From an uncultured Gammaproteobacteria bacterium (GTDB lineage Bacteria; Pseudomonadota; Gammaproteobacteria; Steroidobacterales; Rariloculaceae), in the NCBI GenBank assembly GCA_964465375.1, contig CAYXIJ010000004.1, positions 29,642-93,641 of the forward strand: a DNA stretch of 64,000 nt, written 5' to 3'. The position numbers and the translations under genes are program-made. The notes beneath the pieces are model-generated. The model was not told where the DNA came from. It was given only the letters and a program-made list of their open reading frames with translations, and made no database searches. Of the stretch, positions 1 through 10,069 are shown one piece after another. Within the stretch, counting starts at the first letter, position 1, and every line of letters begins with the position of its first letter.

Positions 1-706
1 TGACGCTGCGATCAAGTTGATCGCTAAAAAACTGACTTAGGGTTGTCAAATCATTGCTTACCCTATCCCTGACGTTTGCTAATTCGATCGGGCGCTTGGT
101 GAGGTGATTCCAAACCCAACGGGGATGCATTGCGATATCAAGCAAACTCATCAATGTCAGACGCGGAGGAACAGTCATCCCAGTATCAAGATCACGCTCA
201 CGGTTCCCCGCTGTGGGCACATCTACAGTAAGTGCGAGCGCGGCATAGCCTGCATCTTTGCACCTCCGGATGAATTCACGATCTATACCCCGGTCCTTAA
301 ATACGTAGATCTGAAATAGCTTAGGTCCCTTGAACACCTCGGCAACCTCTTCAATGCTAGCTGTCGAAATGCTTGATAGAGAGTACAGCGTACCTTCATC
401 TGCCGCGGCTCGTGCAACCGCACATTCACCCTCATGATGAAACAAGCGATTCATGGCAGTTGGTGAACAAAAAACTGGCCAATCGATAGACTGACCAAAT
501 ACCGATGTTGATAAATCGATCTTGCTCACGTCGACCAGATAGCGTGGCACAAGTTCGTAGGCATCAAATGCCTGCGTATTCCGATTCATGGTCCACTCGT
601 CGCCTGCCGCACCATCAATGTAATGAAACATTGGAGCCGGTAGTCGTTTCGAGGCCCTCTCGCGCAGGCGTGCAATGTTGTAGCAACGATTTAGTTTTCG
701 GCTCAT
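1..706 (-). CDS. FMN-dependent alpha-hydroxy-acid dehydrogenase (L-lactate dehydrogenase / glycolate oxidase family). Only the 5' part is present; the gene runs off the window start
   Basis: Absent from the ORF track because there is no stop inside the window. My own minus-strand translation from the ATG at 704-706 gives MSRKLNRCYNIARLRERASKRLPAPMFHYIDGAAGDEWTMNRN...KLFQIYVFKDRG...ALALTVDVPTAGNRERD. This is colinear with the N-terminal half of LldD-type flavoenzymes. Confidence 0.8.
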   Translation of the reverse strand, partial: MSRKLNRCYNIARLRERASKRLPAPMFHYIDGAAGDEWTMNRNTQAFDAYELVPRYLVDVSKIDLSTSVFGQSIDWPVFCSPTAMNRLFHHEGECAVARAAADEGTLYSLSSISTASIEEVAEVFKGPKLFQIYVFKDRGIDREFIRRCKDAGYAALALTVDVPTAGNRERDLDTGMTVPPRLTLMSLLDIAMHPRWVWNHLTKRPIELANVRDRVSNDLTTLSQFFSDQLDRSV

Positions 707-724
707 GGTAAAGAGAGATCTCAG

Positions 725-955
725 TCAGATCACGTGACGCTTTCCCTCAGCAAGCCCTCTCACTGCCAGGCTGGCGATTTCGTTAAGCTCCGTCTCGCCT
801 TCCCGGAAATGCACGATAATTTGCTCTCGCATGGGTGGACTCCAGAAACGACTCATATGGTCAAGAGTTGCATCTGCGGCCTGCTTTTTACTAGGGTCAT
901 ACTGAAAATTAACCGCTATCTGGTTCGCCATGCGAACAAGTTTGCTTACATCCAT
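725..955 (-). CDS. fdsD: NAD-dependent formate dehydrogenase delta subunit
   Basis: 76 aa protein with LVRMANQI..F and HMSRFWSPPMR motifs typical of FdsD. It starts 7 nt downstream of the fdsA stop. Confidence 0.8.
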   Translation of the reverse strand: MDVSKLVRMANQIAVNFQYDPSKKQAADATLDHMSRFWSPPMREQIIVHFREGETELNEIASLAVRGLAEGKRHVI

Positions 956-962
956 AATAGTG

Positions 963-3839
963 CTAACTCACTACTTTCTCAGAGCTATTCTGTGCCTGCT
1001 GCAGGAGGTCGATTTGCTCTTTCTCAAATTTTTCAAAATGCTCCTGCCAGTCAGAAAATCGCGTCACTTTCTGAGCCTGCACTGCAGTGACCTTATATTC
1101 GGGGCAATTAGTTGCCCAGTCCGAGTTATCTGTAGTCACTACATTAGCACCCGAGAAAGGATGGTGAAATGTAGTATAGACGACACCTGGCTGCACCCGC
1201 TCAGTAATCACAGCGCGTAGCACAGTCTCTCCAGCGCGGCTCTTCAGTCCCACCCAATCACCGGCCTCAATTCCACGCTGTTCTGCATCATGGGGATGGA
1301 TTTCCAGCACATCTTCATCATGCCACTTGAGGTTTTCAGTGCGGCGCGTCTGGGCACCTACATTGTACTGACTGAGTATCCGGCCCGTGGTCAGTAACAA
1401 TGGATACTTGCTGGTGGTGCGCTCATCTGTTGCCACAAATGGTGTAACTCGAAACAGCCCTTTGCCCCTCACAAATTCATCTACATGCATTGTAGGAGTA
1501 CCCTCAACCGCCTGCTCATTGCAAGGCCATTGAATACTTCCGAGCCTATCTAATTTTTTAAAGCTCACACCAGAAAATGTAGGCGTGAGTCTCGCAATCT
1601 CATCCATAATTTCACTAGGGTGACTGTAATTCATCGGATAGCCCATCGCATTGGATAGGGCCTGTGTTGCCTCCCAATCCTCCAGCCCTGCCATTGGCTC
1701 CATAACCTTGCGTACTGGAGAAATGCGACGCTCTGCATTCGTGAAAGTACCATTCTTCTCAAGAAAAGATGAACCAGGTAGAAAAACATGCGCAAACTTA
1801 GCGGTCTCATTCAAGAATAGATCCTGAACAATCATGCATTCCAGTGATGACAATGCCTTTTCCACGTGCTGGGTATCAGGATCTGACTGGGCTACGTCCT
1901 CGCCTTGCACATAGAGGCCTTTAAATTGTCCACTGACAGCAGCATCAAACATATTTGGGATGCGGTAGCCTGGTTCTGACAACAATTCCACATTCCATTC
2001 GTCTTCAAATAACTTGCGTACAGATGGATCAGAGATATGTCGGTAACCGGGAAGTTCGTGGGGAAAGGAACCCATATCGCAGGAACCCTGCACGTTATTC
2101 TGACCTCGCAAAGGATTCACGCCGACACCTTCACGGCCTAGATTGCCCGTCGCCATTGCGAGATTAGCAATACCCATAACCATAGTAGACCCTTGGCTGT
2201 GCTCAGAAACACCGAGACCGTAATAAATAGCGGCGTTAGGCGCAGCTGCAAATAACCGGACTGCCTGACGCACTTTTTCAGCAGTAACACCAGTGTGCGA
2301 TTCCATTGATTCTGGTGAATTTTCGTCATCAAGAATAAATTTACGCCAATTCTTGTAAGCGACTTCCTCGCAACGAGCACGTATAAATGCCTCATCTTCC
2401 AGGCCCTCACTCAAAACTGTATGAGCCATAGCATTGATCAAGGCAACGTTGGTACCGGGTAATAATCCAAGAAAATATTCTGCCTCAATATGAGGTGATC
2501 TCACCATATCAATGGCGCGTGGGTCTATAACAATTAGCCTTGCGCCTTCCCTGAGCCTTCGTTTCATCTGGGAAGCAAAAACTGGATGGGCTTCTGTGGG
2601 ATTTGCTCCAATCAACATGATGACATCAGCCTTCATTACAGAGTCGAAAGCCTGAGTGCCGGCAGATTCACCCATTGTAGACTTTAATCCGTAGCCAGTC
2701 GGAGAATGACAAACGCGCGCACAGGTATCAACATTGTTATTACCGAATGCAGTACGCACTAGTTTCTGTACTAAGTAAGTCTCTTCATTGGTGCACCGAG
2801 ATGAAGTGATGCCACCAATTGCTCCTTGGCCATATTTTTTTTGAATCTTTTTAAGTTTTTCTGCCGCGAACCCGATGGCTTCATCCCAAGAAACTTCCCG
2901 CCAAGGCCCACGAATACTTTCACGAACCATGGGCGTTGTGATTCGATCCTTATGAGTAGCATAACCAAAAGCAAAACGGCCTTTTACGCAAGAATGGCCA
3001 TGATTGGCATGCCCATCCTTATTGGGAACCATGCGTGTAAGTTCTTCGCCTTTCATTTCCGCTCTAAAAGAACAGCCCACACCACAATATGCACAGGTAG
3101 TAATTACATGGTGCTCTGGTTGCCCTTTTTCTATGAGAGTATTTTCCGTTAGTGTTGCTGTTGGGCAGGCCTGCACACAAGCTCCACAGGATACGCATTC
3201 AGAATCGAGAAAAGACTGGTTCTGACTTGCCGCAACTTTAGATTCAAAGCCTCGGCCATCGATAGTAAGTGCGAACGTACCCTGAACCTCTTCGCAGGCC
3301 CGCACACACCGTGAACACACTATGCACTTGGAGGGATCAAAAGTGAAATAGGGGTTGCTGTTATCTTTTTCCGTATCTAAGTGATTGCTTCCCTCATAGC
3401 CATAACGTACATTCCTGAGGCCTACGGCACCGGCCATATCTTGAAGTTCGCAGTCACCATTCGTAGGACAAGTCAGGCAATCTAGAGGGTGATCCGATAT
3501 ATAAAGCTCCATAACATTTCTACGAACGTCAGCAAGACGCGGACTTTGGGTAGTCACTGTCATACCCTCTGCTACCGCCGTGGTGCAGGAAGCAGGTAAA
3601 CCCTTTTTATTCTGTATCTCGACCAAACAAAGCCGACAAGACCCAAAAGGCTCCAGCATGTCAGATGCACATAGTTTCGGTATATTAATGCCGTCAAGTG
3701 CAGCAGCTCTAAGCACGGTGGTACCGTCAGGTACGGTAACTTGCTTGCCGTCAATCGTGAGGGTTACATTCTTGTCTGATGTAATTTCTGGCGTACCAAA
3801 ATCGGTTGCTCGCCTATAATATTTATAAACTGTACTCAT
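963..3839 (-). CDS. fdsA: NAD-dependent formate dehydrogenase alpha (molybdopterin, Fe-S) subunit
   Basis: Fe-S Cys motifs are present (CRLCLVEI, CLTCPTNGDCE, CIVCSRCVRACEE, CVSCGACVQACPT, CAYCGVGCSF), followed by a molybdopterin oxidoreductase core. I trimmed the start from 3929 to the ATG at 3839 (MSTVYKYYRR), which forms an ATGA overlap with the fdsB stop. Confidence 0.92.
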   Translation of the reverse strand: MSTVYKYYRRATDFGTPEITSDKNVTLTIDGKQVTVPDGTTVLRAAALDGINIPKLCASDMLEPFGSCRLCLVEIQNKKGLPASCTTAVAEGMTVTTQSPRLADVRRNVMELYISDHPLDCLTCPTNGDCELQDMAGAVGLRNVRYGYEGSNHLDTEKDNSNPYFTFDPSKCIVCSRCVRACEEVQGTFALTIDGRGFESKVAASQNQSFLDSECVSCGACVQACPTATLTENTLIEKGQPEHHVITTCAYCGVGCSFRAEMKGEELTRMVPNKDGHANHGHSCVKGRFAFGYATHKDRITTPMVRESIRGPWREVSWDEAIGFAAEKLKKIQKKYGQGAIGGITSSRCTNEETYLVQKLVRTAFGNNNVDTCARVCHSPTGYGLKSTMGESAGTQAFDSVMKADVIMLIGANPTEAHPVFASQMKRRLREGARLIVIDPRAIDMVRSPHIEAEYFLGLLPGTNVALINAMAHTVLSEGLEDEAFIRARCEEVAYKNWRKFILDDENSPESMESHTGVTAEKVRQAVRLFAAAPNAAIYYGLGVSEHSQGSTMVMGIANLAMATGNLGREGVGVNPLRGQNNVQGSCDMGSFPHELPGYRHISDPSVRKLFEDEWNVELLSEPGYRIPNMFDAAVSGQFKGLYVQGEDVAQSDPDTQHVEKALSSLECMIVQDLFLNETAKFAHVFLPGSSFLEKNGTFTNAERRISPVRKVMEPMAGLEDWEATQALSNAMGYPMNYSHPSEIMDEIARLTPTFSGVSFKKLDRLGSIQWPCNEQAVEGTPTMHVDEFVRGKGLFRVTPFVATDERTTSKYPLLLTTGRILSQYNVGAQTRRTENLKWHDEDVLEIHPHDAEQRGIEAGDWVGLKSRAGETVLRAVITERVQPGVVYTTFHHPFSGANVVTTDNSDWATNCPEYKVTAVQAQKVTRFSDWQEHFEKFEKEQIDLLQQAQNSSEKVVS

Positions 3840-5398
3840 ATCCTCTTGGGATTGTGGGCTTTCATATCCTCTGAGAAATGGTCCAGTACACTGATCACTG
3901 GAAAGGGTGCCATCCCTCCCAAAGCACATAAAGATCCTTCTACCATCGTGTCACAAAGATCCCTTAGTAGTTCAATATTCGTGTGTTCATTCTCTCCATT
4001 TCTAATTTTATCAATAACTTCTACACCGCGAACGGAACCAATTCTGCAGGGCGTACACTTGCCACAGGACTCGATCGCGCAGAATTCCATAGCAAACCGG
4101 GCCTGCTCTCCCATATCCGTACTATCATCAAACACCACTAGACCTCCGTGACCAATCATTGCACCGATTTCAGCGAATGCTTCGTAGTCAAGCGGAGTTT
4201 TAAACTGCGACGGGTGCAAATAGGCACCAAGCGGACCACCAGCTTGCACAGCTCGTATGGGTCGGCCTGTAGCTGTGCCACCGCCAAACTCTTCAAGAAA
4301 TTGCCCTAATGGCTGACCAAAAGCTATCTCAACCAAGCCAGCCCGCTCTATGTTACCTGAAAGCTGAACTGTTAATGTACCCCGAGACCTCCCACTGCCA
4401 TAATTCTTATAATAATCTGCACCCTTGGCTAGAATAATTGGCACAGACGCCAGGGTAATTACATTATTCACAACTGTAGGCGCCCCAAAGAGCCCTTTGA
4501 TAGCAGGTAACGGCGGCCGAAACCTAATCTGGCCGCGCTTACCCTCTAAGCTCTCCAGCATAGAGGTCTCTTCGCCGCATATGTAAGCACCAGCAGCCTC
4601 ACGAACCTCCAAATGAAAGGTCTTAGAGCTACCCGCCACATCCTTTCCAAGGTAGCCAGCGGAATAGGCAATTTTGATCGCCTTGGTCATAACCTCAATA
4701 GCAAGTGGGTACTCAGATCTCAAATAAATGTAGCCTTGGGTTGCGCCAACAGCCAGACCAGCTATGCTCATACCTTCAATGAGAACGAATGGATCGCTCT
4801 CCATTATCATTCGATCAGCAAAAGTACCCGAGTCACCCTCATCAGCATTACACGTAATATATTTCTGTTCTGCGGGTGTCTCTAGCACAGTTTTCCATTT
4901 AACCCCAGTTGGAAAAGCCGCACCACCGCGGCCACGCAAACCCGATTCAGTCACGGTACTAATAATCTTATTGCCAGTCATCCCGACTGCTTTCTCAAGA
5001 CCCTTATATCCACCGTATGTCTCGTAGTCTTCTAATGAAAGTGGTTCCGTAATCCCGACTCGACGAAATGTGAGGCGAGACTGTGCTGCCAGGTAAGGGA
5101 TGGATTCCGTAGAACCTAGGGATTTCGGGTGGTCGTTACTGTTTAAAAAATCTGCGGCAAACAACCCAGGAACGTCGTCAGGCTCTACAGGACCATAGGC
5201 AAAACGTTCTCCTTCTCTCTCTACCTCAACCAACGGCTCCAGCCAATACAGGCCACGGGAACCATTGCGAACGATCTCTATAGAGGCCTTGGACGTAGCT
5301 GCCAAACGAGAAATCCCCTCTGCCACAGCATCGGCACCCATGGACCGAGCAGTAGTGTCGGCCGGCACAAACACCTTGAAAATACTATGCTTTGTCAT
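3836..5398 (-). CDS. fdsB: NAD-dependent formate dehydrogenase beta subunit (NuoF-like NAD/FMN/4Fe-4S)
   Basis: Contains the GRGGAAFPTG FMN/NADH motif and the ESCGKCTPCR 4Fe-4S motif. I trimmed the start to the ATG at 5398 (MTKHSIFKVF), which overlaps the fdsG 3' end by 14 nt. Confidence 0.9.
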   Translation of the reverse strand: MTKHSIFKVFVPADTTARSMGADAVAEGISRLAATSKASIEIVRNGSRGLYWLEPLVEVEREGERFAYGPVEPDDVPGLFAADFLNSNDHPKSLGSTESIPYLAAQSRLTFRRVGITEPLSLEDYETYGGYKGLEKAVGMTGNKIISTVTESGLRGRGGAAFPTGVKWKTVLETPAEQKYITCNADEGDSGTFADRMIMESDPFVLIEGMSIAGLAVGATQGYIYLRSEYPLAIEVMTKAIKIAYSAGYLGKDVAGSSKTFHLEVREAAGAYICGEETSMLESLEGKRGQIRFRPPLPAIKGLFGAPTVVNNVITLASVPIILAKGADYYKNYGSGRSRGTLTVQLSGNIERAGLVEIAFGQPLGQFLEEFGGGTATGRPIRAVQAGGPLGAYLHPSQFKTPLDYEAFAEIGAMIGHGGLVVFDDSTDMGEQARFAMEFCAIESCGKCTPCRIGSVRGVEVIDKIRNGENEHTNIELLRDLCDTMVEGSLCALGGMAPFPVISVLDHFSEDMKAHNPKRI

Positions 5399-5882
5399 GC
5401 TCTGGCTCTGACTCCCCAGTAAGGAGTTTATCCAAGCGCTCTGGCGTAACCCTTCCATGTACCGTCTTGTCTATCATTATCGAGGGAGAGCATGCGCAAT
5501 TACCAAGACAATATATTGGCTCTAAGCTATAACGCCCATCTTGGGTTGTGCCATGAAAGCTCACACCCAATGATTGCTTAACATGTGACTCAAGAGTCCG
5601 GGCACCCATGGATTGGCAAGCTTCAGCTCTGCAAATATAAAGTGTGTGTTTGCCTGGCGGGGATGTACGAAAAAAATGATAGAAACTAATTACCCCATGC
5701 ACTTCGGCGCGCGACAGGTTTAAGGCCTGCGCAACAATAGGGATCGCATATTCTGGTATAAATCCCAGTTGGTCTTGGATCGCGTGCAGAACAGGTAGAA
5801 GCGGGCCAGGGCGACTGGCCTCACGTTCTAGGATTGCGAATATACGCTGATTTTCCTCCGCGCTTTCCTGGTTATCATTCAC
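5385..5882 (-). CDS. fdsG: NAD-dependent formate dehydrogenase gamma subunit (NuoE-like 2Fe-2S)
   Basis: NuoE-type cysteine pattern (CRAEACQ ... CLGNCACSP). It is the first gene of the fds cluster. Confidence 0.85.
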   Translation of the reverse strand: MNDNQESAEENQRIFAILEREASRPGPLLPVLHAIQDQLGFIPEYAIPIVAQALNLSRAEVHGVISFYHFFRTSPPGKHTLYICRAEACQSMGARTLESHVKQSLGVSFHGTTQDGRYSLEPIYCLGNCACSPSIMIDKTVHGRVTPERLDKLLTGESEPEHDKA

Positions 5883-5956
5883 AATTACGGTTCCAAGAAA
5901 AACAGGCCGTGATTGTACCTTTCCACCAGAAAACAGGCGATCCGCAACCGCTGCGC

Positions 5957-7402
5957 TTATAGGCGAAAGTCCAATGGTGGCAGGCGTTCCCCCAATAATG
6001 ATCTATACTGAAAATCCACGCCTCGTCGCTGGATCAGCTCCTCGCGCGCATCTTCGATCAAGGCAGAGTTAGACAGTAGATCAATGGTAGTAGTAGCAAG
6101 TGTCCGAGCCGCCACCATCATGCCCTTAGTTCCAATACTCGTACCACCCGCGGCAATAGCCTGCCAGCTGTGCCCAACCGTGCCGGGAACCCATGTTGCC
6201 ACTCGCAAACCTACCGTAGGAACAACCCAACTGATATCACCTACATCAGTTGAACCAAGTCCGTGTTGAAGCTCGAAATCCTGCACTCGGTTCTGTTCAC
6301 CCACCATTGCATCCGGCTCTACAAAAGAAAGATATAACTGCTCAGCAAAACGCTGCTCAGTTGGATTATAGGTAATACCTCCAACCTTACGTAAATTACT
6401 GTCCATCACCCTTGAAAGTACCGCATTAGGTAAAACACTGTGATTACCATGTATGATTTCGTAATCAAGACGCGTTTCTGTTCCTTCTGCCGCTCCTTGT
6501 GCAGCTGCCAGCACGCGAATCCATAAACTTTCTACCTGAGCTGCGTTACTACCTCGAACGTAGTAGAAAACTTCTGAATAATCCGGAACAACGTTTGGTG
6601 CATTGCCACCAGCAGTAATTACATAATGGATACGCGCCGTGCTCGGGATATGTTCACGCATGAGATTGACCATATAGTTCATAGCCTCCACACCGTCTAA
6701 CGCCGAACGGCCCACTTGCGGTGCAGAAGAAGCGTGACTAGACAGCCCATAAAATCTAAATTTTGCAGAACGATTAGCGAGTGATGTTTGTGGGCTGGCA
6801 TCGTTCTCATCAGAGGGATGCCAGTGCAATACCACATCTACGTCATCAAATAGTCCTTCTCGCACCATATAGACCTTCCCTGAACCACCCTCCTCAGCTG
6901 GAGTACCGTAATACCGAATGGTTCCTGGTGTAGCTGTGGAAGAGAGCCATTCCTTAGCTGCTATAGCTGCAGCAGCTGAACCAACACCAAAAAGATGATG
7001 GCCACAGGCATGACCAGCAGCCTGTTCAGCCAATGGATCGCGCAAGGGACTAACCGCCTGGGAAATGCCTGGCAACGCGTCAAATTCTCCCAATAATGCT
7101 ACTACCGGATGACCGCTACCATAGCTAGCAACAAAGGCCGTGGGAATTCCTGCAACACCCGCCTCGATCTCAAAACCTTCTAAACTAAGCGTTTCTTGAA
7201 GAAGACGTGAGCTCTCAAACTCTAAGTAACCCAACTCTGCCAATCGATATATCTCAAGGGCAATGCTTTCATAGTTTTCCTCAGCAGACTCCAGCACTCG
7301 GGCAGAATCAAGATGGATCTCGTCCGAGGCTCCTCTTGCGACGCCCCAAATGAAAAAGGATATTGCGCTAAGCGCCATTACCCCTGATGTTATTTTAGTC
7401 AT
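5957..7402 (-). CDS. Secreted M20-family amidohydrolase (AbgB-like)
   Basis: N-terminal signal-like segment, the HACGHHLFG metal-binding motif, and M20 dimerisation-domain length. Its start forms an ATGA overlap with the upstream ORF stop. Confidence 0.8.
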   Translation of the reverse strand: MTKITSGVMALSAISFFIWGVARGASDEIHLDSARVLESAEENYESIALEIYRLAELGYLEFESSRLLQETLSLEGFEIEAGVAGIPTAFVASYGSGHPVVALLGEFDALPGISQAVSPLRDPLAEQAAGHACGHHLFGVGSAAAAIAAKEWLSSTATPGTIRYYGTPAEEGGSGKVYMVREGLFDDVDVVLHWHPSDENDASPQTSLANRSAKFRFYGLSSHASSAPQVGRSALDGVEAMNYMVNLMREHIPSTARIHYVITAGGNAPNVVPDYSEVFYYVRGSNAAQVESLWIRVLAAAQGAAEGTETRLDYEIIHGNHSVLPNAVLSRVMDSNLRKVGGITYNPTEQRFAEQLYLSFVEPDAMVGEQNRVQDFELQHGLGSTDVGDISWVVPTVGLRVATWVPGTVGHSWQAIAAGGTSIGTKGMMVAARTLATTTIDLLSNSALIEDAREELIQRRGVDFQYRSLLGERLPPLDFRL

Positions 7403-7770
7403 TGCTTTGCTCCAGGATTAGGGAACGAATCGGTATCCTCATCCCCCTCCCGGGGATTCAGACATTGGAAATCTTTCTCCACAAGAACTACCAGTTGCTT
7501 ATCCTTACTCAATGGTAACTGAAAACTGATAGAAACCTGGTCTACTTGATTCCATTGATCTACCTTATGACTAGGAAGCGCTATCTGGATACAGTGGTTC
7601 TTGTAACTAGCTTGGGCCGGTTCACTAGGGACAACATCGAGCCGATAACTTAAATGATCCTCAGGTGAAAACTCTAAAGTATCTTCAAGATATCCGTACT
7701 TGGTAATTTGAGTGAGTTCGGCCTGAGAAACCCGAACACGCAGCGAGTTACCGCGAATTCTTAGCTTCAT
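7399..7770 (-). CDS. Hypothetical protein (123 aa), translationally coupled to the M20 hydrolase gene
   Basis: Clean ORF with a 4-nt overlap onto the downstream gene. I cannot name a family with confidence. Confidence 0.55.
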   Translation of the reverse strand: MKLRIRGNSLRVRVSQAELTQITKYGYLEDTLEFSPEDHLSYRLDVVPSEPAQASYKNHCIQIALPSHKVDQWNQVDQVSISFQLPLSKDKQLVVLVEKDFQCLNPREGDEDTDSFPNPGAKQ

Positions 7771-7932
7771 CTCTTAGGCTTCCCCTGGTAATCTACTGCA
7801 AACAAGTTACCCAGTCTCATCGAGTTAAATGCCAAAGAGGTGATTCTTAAGCCTTTGCCATATAATCGCAACTGCATCGGTCAATAAATCGATTACCAGT
7901 AACAGGAATGCTTAGCTTGAGGGGCTTGTCAC

Positions 7933-9399
7933 ATGACGGGTAAGTGCGTCGGCATCAGTGGCCTTGCGGTCTATGTGCCACCTTATCGGGTTGATCTTGA
8001 GCGGTGGTGTGATTGGACCAAGAAGCCGTGGGATAAAACCTGCGCTGTAGTAGGACGTAGCTTCCGAATGCGTGGCCCCCACCAGAGTGTCTACACAATG
8101 GCGGCCACTGCTGTCATGCGCCTGATAGAAAATTATCAAATTGACCCCAACCGGGTAAGATTTTTAGGATTTGGTACTGAATCTAGTACCGACAACTCGG
8201 CGGGAGCCGTTATCATTAAAGGAATGCTGGACGAGGCTCTTCAGGCAAAAGGCCTTCAGCCACTTAATCGAAATTGTGAGGTTCCCGAGATAAAACATGC
8301 TTGTCTCGGTGGCATCTACGCCTTAAAACACGGCTTGCGCTATCTGGCGCTCGAAGAGGAAGATTCCTGTGCAATAGTAGTAAGCGCAGACATTGCCGAG
8401 TACGCTCGTGGGAGCTCAGGAGAGCCTACACAAGGAGCTGGCGCAGTAGCTATGCTGCTCGAGCAAAAACCAAAAATGTTGGCGGTTGAGTTAAAACATA
8501 TTGGCTCTGCCTCTGCATACCGAGCCGTTGATTTCCGTAAACCCGTATTGCGAAATATCATTCGGGGTACACTCAATTGCCATTTCCAAGACTTGCCCGT
8601 GTTTAACGGAAAATACTCCATTACCTGCTATCTGGACGAAACGCTGCATGCACTACAAGACATGTTGCGTCGCATGAGGAAAAATCCCTCTGATTATTAC
8701 CGCAGCCTAAGCGCAGTCTTTATGCATCGGCCCTATCACCGAATGCCAATAACTTCCTTTGCTATGAGCTATCTTTTTGGACTAGCCAGAAATGGAGAAA
8801 CAGGGGAAAAAGAGCTTGCCAAACACTGCGGCCGCGCTTCCATAAATGTGGATGAAATAATTAGAGAAATGCGCTCGACACCAGATATTCTGCAATTAGT
8901 CAAGAATCGAAACATTGATGATGATGTATACCCGTTAAGTATTCAACTACTTAAGAATTTCTGCGATAGTGATTTTTTTGAAGGTGCTGTGGCCCCAAAA
9001 ATGGCCTTGGGGTCTGAAGCTATGAAGGACATCGGTAATGTTTACTGTGCAGCTTTGCCAGCTTGGATAGCTGCGGGATTAGAAGATGCTCTTGTACAAA
9101 AACGAGACATTACTGGAGAACAAATACTTGCTGTTGGCTACGGAAGTGGAGATGCAGCAGAAGCAATCCCTATGGTAGTCATGAAGGGCTGGAAAAAAGC
9201 TGCTGCTCAAATAGGTTTTAATCTCTCCCTCCAGCCCCAGCAGAATCTCACCCAAATGCAGTACGAAAGCCTTCACGATACCGGTGACGCGCAAGGGCTA
9301 GAGAGCCCAAATGAAGGATTTATTGTAGACTCAATTGGATCCAGCGAACATCCAGGCTTCAGCGATGAAGGTATTGAGTATTACAAGTTTGTTCGCTAA
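7933..9399 (+). CDS. mvaS: Hydroxymethylglutaryl-CoA synthase family protein
   Basis: HMGS/thiolase-fold catalytic motifs GTESSTDNS (Glu) and IKHACLGG (Cys). The mevalonate-pathway context supports the call. Confidence 0.85.
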   Translation: MTGKCVGISGLAVYVPPYRVDLERWCDWTKKPWDKTCAVVGRSFRMRGPHQSVYTMAATAVMRLIENYQIDPNRVRFLGFGTESSTDNSAGAVIIKGMLDEALQAKGLQPLNRNCEVPEIKHACLGGIYALKHGLRYLALEEEDSCAIVVSADIAEYARGSSGEPTQGAGAVAMLLEQKPKMLAVELKHIGSASAYRAVDFRKPVLRNIIRGTLNCHFQDLPVFNGKYSITCYLDETLHALQDMLRRMRKNPSDYYRSLSAVFMHRPYHRMPITSFAMSYLFGLARNGETGEKELAKHCGRASINVDEIIREMRSTPDILQLVKNRNIDDDVYPLSIQLLKNFCDSDFFEGAVAPKMALGSEAMKDIGNVYCAALPAWIAAGLEDALVQKRDITGEQILAVGYGSGDAAEAIPMVVMKGWKKAAAQIGFNLSLQPQQNLTQMQYESLHDTGDAQGLESPNEGFIVDSIGSSEHPGFSDEGIEYYKFVR

Positions 9400-9496
9400 A
9401 AAAATTCTTTTCGTTTAATCTTGCGACCTCTTAGTGCGTGAGGAATAATCAACACATTAGCGCACCAATAACACGCGCTGTAAATGCCGATTCCCT

Positions 9497-10069
9497 CTAC
9501 CCAGCATGAAGCCCAAGAATCACGCTTAAGTGATTACTCCTTATATTGGCCCATTCCATTTTGAACCAAGGTGTGAATTTCTGGGGCTGCTCAGCAAGTT
9601 CGGCTTCCAGTTCTCTGATCCCAAGAAATCGCCAATCCGCCACCTCTTTACTATTAGCATCCACTCTGCCTTCAAAAAGCCCGTAATAGACCCAACAAAG
9701 TTCATGCTCTGCCCCCACACCACCATACTGGGCGTGGTACTGAAATTTATATAAAAAAACCAATGGACAATTAAAACCTAACTCCTGGGCTAAACGTCGA
9801 GTAACTGCGGCCTCCATGGATTCACCGTACCTGGGATGGGAACAGCACGCATTTGACCAATAGTTAGGCCATAGTAATTTTTCTGCGCTACGTTTTTGAA
9901 TCAATACTTCATTATTAGCGTTAAATATGAATATAGAAAAAGCTCGGTGAAGTATGCCGTTACCAATATGGCAATCACCCTTGCTTTTATAGCCGATTTC
10001 CCTGTCCCTCTCGTCTACTATAATAAGCTCCTCATTAGAGCTACACACAATCTCCCTATGAGCCATCAA
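9497..10069 (-). CDS. idi: Isopentenyl-diphosphate delta-isomerase, type 1 (Nudix)
   Basis: NACCSHP catalytic Cys motif and the EHELCWVY Glu motif. It overlaps the 3' end of the HMGR-MVK gene. Confidence 0.9.
   Translation of the reverse strand: MMAHREIVCSSNEELIIVDERDREIGYKSKGDCHIGNGILHRAFSIFIFNANNEVLIQKRSAEKLLWPNYWSNACCSHPRYGESMEAAVTRRLAQELGFNCPLVFLYKFQYHAQYGGVGAEHELCWVYYGLFEGRVDANSKEVADWRFLGIRELEAELAEQPQKFTPWFKMEWANIRSNHLSVILGLHAG

Noticed and set aside
3840-3929. N-terminal extensions in the ORF track for fdsA. The same issue affects fdsB (5399-5458), amtB (30074-30205), the ferredoxin, the TVP38, YceI, MscS, XdhC and DctM genes, and others.
   Set aside because: The extensions overlap upstream genes or lack homology to the family N-termini. 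Internal ATG/GTG starts give canonical N-termini, ATGA-type coupling or a Shine-Dalgarno sequence. The starts I chose remain predictions.
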